In this document: positions 14,937-20,156 of the stretch, one piece after another
How positions within the stretch are numbered: the first letter of the stretch is position 1
Layout: each line of letters opens with the position of its first letter
NCBI GenBank assembly: GCA_040081625.1
Contig: JBEBGD010000100.1
Coordinates: forward strand, 1 to 20,156
Reading direction: 5' to 3'
Length of the DNA: 20,156 bases
DNA from: Chthoniobacteraceae bacterium
GTDB taxonomy: Bacteria > Verrucomicrobiota > Verrucomicrobiia > Chthoniobacterales > Chthoniobacteraceae
Translations under genes and position numbers: made by a program
The notes under the pieces: generated by a model
What the model was told of the DNA's origin: nothing
The model's input: the letters and a program-made list of their open reading frames with translations, nothing else
Database searches by the model: none

Positions 14937-16444
14937 CAGCCCAGCCGCGCGATGAGATCCTCGAAGCTCCCCGCGTCCCGGATCGCGGAGTTGACGCGAT
15001 CGAGCGTCGCGTCGTGCGCCGGATGCGCGAGCTCGACGGTGCGATTGGCGCCGTTCGCGGCGAAGACGAGTTCGTCCCACTGGATCGAGGAAATCTCGTC
15101 GTTGAAGCGGGCCACGGCGCGCCCGCGGAAAAAGGCGCGCGTGGTCTCCGGCGGCTGAAAGATGGCGCGCCGGATTTCGTCCTCATCGACGAAGCGGCGC
15201 ATGTGGCCCTCGCGCATCAGTTCGTAGTAGAGCCCGTGTTCGAGCGAGACGTTGTGGTATTCGAGGTCGATCGATTGCAGCCACGGATCGCTCCACGAGA
15301 GGTTCTCGGCGTCGCGCAGCGTCTCGAGGAGAAACTTCTTCGCGACCCAATCGAGCCGGTCCTTGCACAGCCAGTAGTCGCGCGCGAGGTCGTTCAGCGC
15401 GGCCTCCCACTCGCGCAACGTCCACGCGGTATCCTCGTCGTGCGGGCAGTGGTCCTTTGCCGCCGCGAGGTAGAGGCGCTGGATGTCGATCGCGCTGATC
15501 TTGCGGCCGTCCTTCAGCTCGATGATCCACGCGTAGCTCTGGTCGCGGCTGATCTGCTTGGTCGCGGCGATCGGGTCGGCGAGCTCGAGCTGCGGCGCGT
15601 GGCCGGTCTCGATGAGATCGAGCACGAGCGCCGTCGTGCCCATCTTCAGCGCGGTCGCCCAGTGCGACATGTTCGAGTCGCCGGTGATGACGTGGAAGCG
15701 CCGGTAGCGAATCGCGTCGGCGTGCGGCTCGTCGCGCGTGTTGACGATCGGGCGGCGGTTCATCGTGTCGATCGAGCAGAGCACGCTGAAAAAGTCCGAC
15801 CGTTGCGCGATCTGAAAGACGCCCGGCTGCCCCGCCATGTCCTCGCCCTCGATGCCGAGCTTCCCCGCGCCCGCGAAAATCTGCCGCGTGACGAGGAAGG
15901 GCACCACGTCGCGCACGATGCGATCCCACGGCACGCCGCGGCTCATGAGGAAGTTGTCGTGGCAGCCGTAGCTGTGGCCGACGAAGTCGGTGTTGTTCTT
16001 GTAGAGCCGCGCCTCCTGGCCATTCGGCAGCTTCGCGTTCCGCCGCCGCGCGCACTCGCCGAGGATGCGCTCCCCGGCTTTGTCCTGCGCGACGAGCTGC
16101 CGGAGCGTGGTGCACTCGGGCGTCGAGTATTCGGGGTGCGCGTGGTCGTTGTAAAAGCGCGCGCCATTGCTGAGCACGAGGTCGCTCTTGATCTCCTCGA
16201 AGGAAAGCGCGCGCGCCTTGTCGATCTCGTAGTAGGCGGCTTCGTCGGTGTCCTGCAGCAGCTCCTCGGCGCGAAAGCCGCGCGCGTCCTGGTGCGGGTC
16301 CTCGAGCGCGTAATCCCATTTCATGAGCGCGCCATGCTCGGTGTAGCAGCGCACGATCTCGATCGATTCGCGCACCACGTCCACATCGTCCATGCCATCG
16401 ATGGTGATCCCGTATTCCGTTTCGATGCCGAAGACGCGTTTCAT
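14936..16444 (-). CDS. dop: Pup/UBact deamidase-depupylase Dop (PafA2 family)
   Basis: From ATG 16444: RVFGIETEYG, Dop-loop WDYALEDPHQDARGF, LSNGARFYNDHAHPEYSTPEC, YKNNTD..GHSYGCHDN, RRPIVNTRDEPHAD...RRFHVITGDSN, DLEYH, PPETTRAFFRG. The Dop-loop and DHAHPEY distinguish it from PafA. Confidence 0.9.
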   Translation of the reverse strand: MKRVFGIETEYGITIDGMDDVDVVRESIEIVRCYTEHGALMKWDYALEDPHQDARGFRAEELLQDTDEAAYYEIDKARALSFEEIKSDLVLSNGARFYNDHAHPEYSTPECTTLRQLVAQDKAGERILGECARRRNAKLPNGQEARLYKNNTDFVGHSYGCHDNFLMSRGVPWDRIVRDVVPFLVTRQIFAGAGKLGIEGEDMAGQPGVFQIAQRSDFFSVLCSIDTMNRRPIVNTRDEPHADAIRYRRFHVITGDSNMSHWATALKMGTTALVLDLIETGHAPQLELADPIAATKQISRDQSYAWIIELKDGRKISAIDIQRLYLAAAKDHCPHDEDTAWTLREWEAALNDLARDYWLCKDRLDWVAKKFLLETLRDAENLSWSDPWLQSIDLEYHNVSLEHGLYYELMREGHMRRFVDEDEIRRAIFQPPETTRAFFRGRAVARFNDEISSIQWDELVFAANGANRTVELAHPAHDATLDRVNSAIRDAGSFEDLIARLG

Positions 16445-16453
16445 GGTGCGCGC

Positions 16454-16483
16454 AACGTAGCGCGAGGCTGCGCACATCATCAA
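16454..16483 (-). promoter_or_regulatory. Possible sigma70-type promoter giving a near-leaderless dop transcript
   Basis: Minus strand TTGATG (16483-16478), 18 nt, TACGTT (16459-16454), then only 9 nt to the ATG. Confidence 0.35.
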
Positions 16484-16527
16484 GTGCGCGGCTTGCCAGT
16501 TGCGGCGTCGCGCGGTTGATTGGCGAC

Positions 16528-17955
16528 ATGTCGAATCCGGTGCTTCAACTCCTCGTCGGTGGCCGCTGGCTGAACACCGCGGAGCGTTTGCCGGTGGTCA
16601 ATCCGTTCACGGGCGAGACGATCGCGAGTGTGCCGATGGGAAATGCCGGGACTGTCCAGCTTGCGATCGACGGGGCGGTGGCGGCGTTCGCGGAAGTGCG
16701 CGCGACGCCGGTTCACGCGCGCGCGGCGCTGCTGGAGAAAATCGCGCGCGGGATCGAGGCGCGGCGGGCAGAGTTCGTGGAGACGATCGTGGCCGAGGCG
16801 GGCAAGCCGGTGACTTACTCCGAGGCGGAAGTGGCGCGGGCGGTGATGACTTTCCGGTGCGCCGCGGATGAGGCGCGGCGCGCGCATGGTGAAGTGCTCG
16901 CGATGGACGCGCTGCCGCCGGGCGAAGGACACATGGGGATGGCGCGGCGCTTCCCGATCGGCGTCATCGCAGGGATTTCGCCGTTCAATTTCCCGCTCAA
17001 CCTCGTCGCGCACAAAGTGGCGCCGTGCATCGCGACGGGGAACACGATGGTGCTCAAGCCGGCGACGAAGACGCCGCTGAGCGCGCTGCTGCTCGCCGAG
17101 GTGCTCGTGGCCGAAGGCGTGCCGGCGGGGCAGATCAACGTGGTTACTTGCAGCAATGACGACGCGCGTGCGCTGATCGCCGACGAGCGCGTTAAGAAGG
17201 TCACCTTCACCGGCAGCCCGGCCGTCGGCTGGCGGCTCAAGGAGCAGTGCGGAAAAAAGAAGATCACGCTCGAGCTCGGCGGCAATGCGGGCTGCATCGT
17301 CCACAGCGACTCGGACCTCGCCGCAGCGGTGCCGATGATCGCGCTCGGCGGTTTCGCGCAGGCGGGGCAGTCGTGCATCAGCGTGCAGCGTGTGGTGGTG
17401 CATGAGTCGATCTACGCCGACTTCCGCGCGCGGCTGGTCGATGTGGTCCGCGAGAAGATCAAGGCGGGCGACCCGCGCGACCCGGCGACGGTCGTCGGAC
17501 CGATGATCACCGCCGAGGCGCTCGCGGGAATCTGCGCGCGCATCGAGGCCGCGAAGGCCGCGGGCGCGAAGGTCGTGTGTGGTGGCGGGGTGGTCGGCCA
17601 ATGCCTCGAGGCGACGGTGCTCGAAGACGTGCCGCCGACTTGCGACCTGTGCGCGGAGGAAGCCTTCGCGCCGGTCGTGACGTTGCACCGCTATCGTGAG
17701 TTCGACGAGGCGCTCGCCTTCGTGAACGACTCGCGCTTCGGTCTCCAGGCTGGCGTCTTCACCCGCGACCTGAAGCTGGCGATGCGCGCCTTCGAGACGC
17801 TCGAAGTCGGCGGCGTGATGATCAACCAGGTGCCGACCTTTCGCACCGAGACGATGCCCTACGGCGGTGTGAAGGACTCCGGTTTCGGTCGTGAAGGCGT
17901 GCGCTACGCGATGGAGGAGATGACCGAACTGCGCTCGCTGGTGATAAAGCTTTAG
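16528..17955 (+). CDS. NAD(P)-dependent aldehyde dehydrogenase family protein
   Basis: ISPFNFPLNL, VLKPATKTP, FTGSPAVG, catalytic Glu in LELGGNA, catalytic Cys in GQSCIS, EEAFAPV, MPYGGVKDSGFGREG. Start ATG 16528. Confidence 0.95.
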   Translation: MSNPVLQLLVGGRWLNTAERLPVVNPFTGETIASVPMGNAGTVQLAIDGAVAAFAEVRATPVHARAALLEKIARGIEARRAEFVETIVAEAGKPVTYSEAEVARAVMTFRCAADEARRAHGEVLAMDALPPGEGHMGMARRFPIGVIAGISPFNFPLNLVAHKVAPCIATGNTMVLKPATKTPLSALLLAEVLVAEGVPAGQINVVTCSNDDARALIADERVKKVTFTGSPAVGWRLKEQCGKKKITLELGGNAGCIVHSDSDLAAAVPMIALGGFAQAGQSCISVQRVVVHESIYADFRARLVDVVREKIKAGDPRDPATVVGPMITAEALAGICARIEAAKAAGAKVVCGGGVVGQCLEATVLEDVPPTCDLCAEEAFAPVVTLHRYREFDEALAFVNDSRFGLQAGVFTRDLKLAMRAFETLEVGGVMINQVPTFRTETMPYGGVKDSGFGREGVRYAMEEMTELRSLVIKL

Positions 17956-17964
17956 GTCCACGCC

Positions 17965-17992
17965 TTGCGGCAGGGCCGATTCGGGGTAAGGT
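17965..17992 (+). promoter_or_regulatory. Possible sigma70-type promoter for the riboswitch leader
   Basis: TTGCGG (17965-17970), 16 nt, TAAGGT (17987-17992). This would start transcription just 5' of the aptamer P1 strand. Confidence 0.4.
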
Positions 17993-18000
17993 GGGTCACG

Positions 18001-18141
18001 CAACCATCAAGAGTGCCGTCTCCCAATCAAGACGGCAGCCAACCTGCGAGGGCTCCCAAGCCCGAGTAAGGTGGAAGCTGCGGGCCGAAAGGCTTGTGGC
18101 GATGTGCGGGGAGGGCATCTGCCTGAACCGAACCCTTGATG
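18001..18141 (+). ncRNA. SAM-clan riboswitch (SAM-I/IV-like)
   Basis: P1 CATC 18005-08 / GATG 18101-04 with the AUCAAGAG core. P2 TGCCGTCT 18014-21 / AGACGGCA 18030-37. P3 CCAACCT 18039-45 / AGGTGG 18069-74 with inner GGGCT/AGCCC hairpin. P4 18077-86 / 18091-100 with GAAA loop. A 3' GGGAG (18109-13) is complementary to CTCCC at the P3 apex. Confidence 0.75.
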
Positions 18142-18178
18142 AGCCCGTGGTCACTCCAGCAAACCAACGAGACCGACT

Positions 18179-18394
18179 ATGAAACTAAGCATCAGAACCA
18201 ACCCGGCGAATCCGAACCATCATCTGTGGAATAACCACGGGACGTGGTTTGTGCATTACGTCGTCCATCCCACCCCTCTGACGAAGGAGCGCGTCCGCCG
18301 CTCGCTCGGGACCAAGGACGTGCGGGAGGCGCGGCGCCTGCGCGACCAAATCCTCCACGACATCGAGGATAGCGAGCTTAGCGCCGCAGCTTGA
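18179..18394 (+). CDS. 71-aa hypothetical protein resembling an integrase arm-type DNA-binding domain
   Basis: MKLSIRTNPANPNHHLWNNHGTWFVHYVVHPTPLTKERVRRSLGTKDVREARRLRD. The beta-strand segments followed by RRSLGTKD..EAR..RD resemble integrase N-terminal domains. Lies directly behind the riboswitch and overlaps the convergent cimA end by 17 nt. Confidence 0.75.
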   Translation: MKLSIRTNPANPNHHLWNNHGTWFVHYVVHPTPLTKERVRRSLGTKDVREARRLRDQILHDIEDSELSAAA

Positions 18395-19937
18395 AGGCGA
18401 AGCTATCGACCAGCGCGAGCCAGCTCGCCTCGATGATGTTGTCGCTCACGCCGACGGTGCCCCACGTGTCTTCGCCGTCGGTGGAGACGATGAAGACGCG
18501 CGTGCCGGCGGCGGTGCCCTGCTGGCCGTTGATGATGCGGACCTTGTAGTCCTCGAGCGCGATCTTATCGATCGCGGGAAAGTGAGGCCGGAGCGCCTTG
18601 CGGAGCGCGGCGTCGAGCGCGTTCACGGGGCCGTCGCCCTCCTCGACGACGTAGGCCTTCTCGCCCCCGACGCGCAGCTTCACGGTCGCCTCGCATTTTT
18701 TCCACGCGCCGTCGCCGGTGCGACGGAAGCCGCAGTGGTATTCGTCCAGCTCGAAAAGCGGCTGGTGCGTGCCGAGCGTGCGACGGATGAGTAGCTCGAA
18801 GGACGCCTCCGCGGCTTCGAACTCGTAGCCTTCGGATTCGAGCCGCTTCACCTCCGCGAGGATTTTGCCCACCTCGGGCGCACCCTTGGCGAACTTGAAG
18901 CCGAGCATCTCGGCTTTGACGATGATGTTCGACTGGCCCGCCATGTCGGAGATTGTGATGACGCGTTCATTGCCGACGAGCGCCGGGTCGATGTGCTCGT
19001 AGGTGCGCGCGAGCTTCGCGACGGCGTGGACGTGAAGGCCGCCTTTGTGCGTGAAGGCCGCGCTGCCGACGTAGGGTGCGCGGATGTCGTGCGGCACGTT
19101 GGCGAGTTCATCGACGAAGTTCGAGAGCTCGCGCAGCCGCGTGAGGTCGAGCCCGAGATCGATGCCCATCTTTAGCTGAAGGTTCGGCATCACGGTCGTG
19201 AGGTTGCAGTTCCCGACGCGTTCGCCGTAGCCGTTGATCGTGCCCTGCACCTGCACGGCACCGGCGCGGATTCCGGCGAGCGCATTGGCGACGCCGACGC
19301 CGCCGTCGTTGTGCGTGTGGATGCCGACCGACTGGCCGAGCGCGGCGATCACCTTCGCGGTCACTTCGCCGACGAACTCCGGCAGCGCGCCGCCATTCGT
19401 TTCGCAGAGCACGATGAGATCGGCGCCGGCGTCGCGCGCGGCCTTCACGGTGCGCAGCGCGTAGTCGGGGTCTTCGTGGAAGGCGTCGAAGAAATGCTCG
19501 GCGTCGTAAAGCACCTCGCGGCCGTGCTTCTTCAGATACGCGACCGTGTCCGAGATCATCGCGACGTTTTCGTCGAGCGAGACCTGGAAGACTTCGGTGA
19601 CATGCAGCGGCCACGTCTTGCCGACGACGGTGACGGCGGGCGTCTTCGCATCGAGGAGCATCTGCACCTGGGGATCGTCCTCGACCTTCATGCGGCCGCG
19701 GCGGGTCATGCCGAAGGCGGTGATCTTCGCGTTCTTCCAGGTGCGCTTGGCGGCTTCCTCGAAAAAGGTCGCGTCCTTCGGGTTCGAGCCGGGCCAGCCG
19801 CCCTCGATGTAGTGGACGCCGAAGTCGTCGAGCTTTTCGGCCACGCGAATCTTGTCGAGCACCGAGAACGAAATGCCCGTGCCCTGCGTGCCGTCGCGGA
19901 GCGTGGTGTCGTAGATGGTGAAGCGTGGCGTGGTCAT
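18378..19937 (-). CDS. cimA: Citramalate synthase (LeuA/CimA family, Geobacter-type CimA)
   Basis: From ATG 19937: [95 protein letters not shown]. Confidence 0.93.
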   Translation of the reverse strand: MTTPRFTIYDTTLRDGTQGTGISFSVLDKIRVAEKLDDFGVHYIEGGWPGSNPKDATFFEEAAKRTWKNAKITAFGMTRRGRMKVEDDPQVQMLLDAKTPAVTVVGKTWPLHVTEVFQVSLDENVAMISDTVAYLKKHGREVLYDAEHFFDAFHEDPDYALRTVKAARDAGADLIVLCETNGGALPEFVGEVTAKVIAALGQSVGIHTHNDGGVGVANALAGIRAGAVQVQGTINGYGERVGNCNLTTVMPNLQLKMGIDLGLDLTRLRELSNFVDELANVPHDIRAPYVGSAAFTHKGGLHVHAVAKLARTYEHIDPALVGNERVITISDMAGQSNIIVKAEMLGFKFAKGAPEVGKILAEVKRLESEGYEFEAAEASFELLIRRTLGTHQPLFELDEYHCGFRRTGDGAWKKCEATVKLRVGGEKAYVVEEGDGPVNALDAALRKALRPHFPAIDKIALEDYKVRIINGQQGTAAGTRVFIVSTDGEDTWGTVGVSDNIIEASWLALVDSFAFKLRR

Positions 19938-19950
19938 TGGAAAAACGGGC

Positions 19951-20156
19951 GGCATGGGTAGCGCGGAAAACTTCAAAATCCTCGAGCCGCTGGCCGACAA
20001 ACTCGGTGCGGCGGTGGGCGCATCGCGCGCGGCGGTGGATTCGGGTTTCGTGCCGAACGATTATCAGGTCGGGCAAACCGGCAAGATCGTCGCGCCGGAG
20101 TTGTATATCGCCGTCGGCATTTCCGGCGCGATTCAGCATCTGGCCGGCATGAAAGA
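19951..20156 (+). other. etfA: 5'-truncated fragment of electron transfer flavoprotein alpha subunit (C-terminal FAD-binding domain)
   Basis: Frame from 19951: [68 protein letters not shown], which is clearly EtfA. The preceding VSGGR and the whole N-terminal domain are missing. Confidence 0.88.

Noticed and set aside
14900..16527. A small pup/ubact gene flanking dop
   Set aside because: The dop stop overlaps the next start, and the 83-nt upstream gap is a divergent promoter region. No suitable ORF ending in GGE/GGQ/GE was found.
10482..18003. Long alternative-frame ORFs (10482..12107, 12470..13471, 13476..15158, 14756..16519, 15183..16529, 16480..18003)
   Set aside because: Shadow frames of the TPR, FecR, GT41, dop and aldehyde dehydrogenase genes.
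18179..18394. Integrase remnant marking a mobile element or prophage
   Set aside because: No catalytic domain, att-like repeats, tRNA or cargo genes. The ORF is intact, flanked by housekeeping genes and has its own riboswitch leader.
1..20156. CRISPR array, tRNA (including tRNA-Sec), rRNA or IS element
   Set aside because: No regularly spaced repeats, cloverleaf or T-loop motifs, rRNA-like segments, transposase ORFs or terminal inverted repeats were seen by eye.

Overview
GC-rich bacterial window, by inference from the PVC superphylum and most likely Verrucomicrobiota (DUF1549/DUF1553 + DUF1501 pair, sulfatase, Planctomycete-type cytochrome c, Dop homologue, few Shine-Dalgarno motifs). Gene order: partial sulfatase (-), DUF4013-like membrane protein (-), DUF1549/1553 (+), DUF1501 with one in-frame TGA at a conserved Trp (+), K+ channel (-), di-heme cytochrome c (-), a 525-aa exported thioredoxin-like protein (-), hisG (+), a 34-aa bS22/AURKAIP1-COX24 gene (+), TPR protein (+), FecR-domain protein (-), GT41/SPINDLY-like glycosyltransferase (-) coupled to an orphan dop (-), aldehyde dehydrogenase (+), a SAM-clan riboswitch preceding a 71-aa arm-type DNA-binding-like protein (+), cimA (-), and a 5'-truncated etfA fragment at the right edge. 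The top finding is that the ORF track splits the 525-aa gene at an in-frame TGA in a Cys-UGA motif. The context resembles the eukaryotic selenoprotein N active site, and the following hairpin has a loop GU at the same offset as the E. coli fdhF SECIS. This points to an exported SelN-like selenoprotein apparently co-transcribed with a di-heme cytochrome c. Family calls come from motif recognition by eye; no searches were run.
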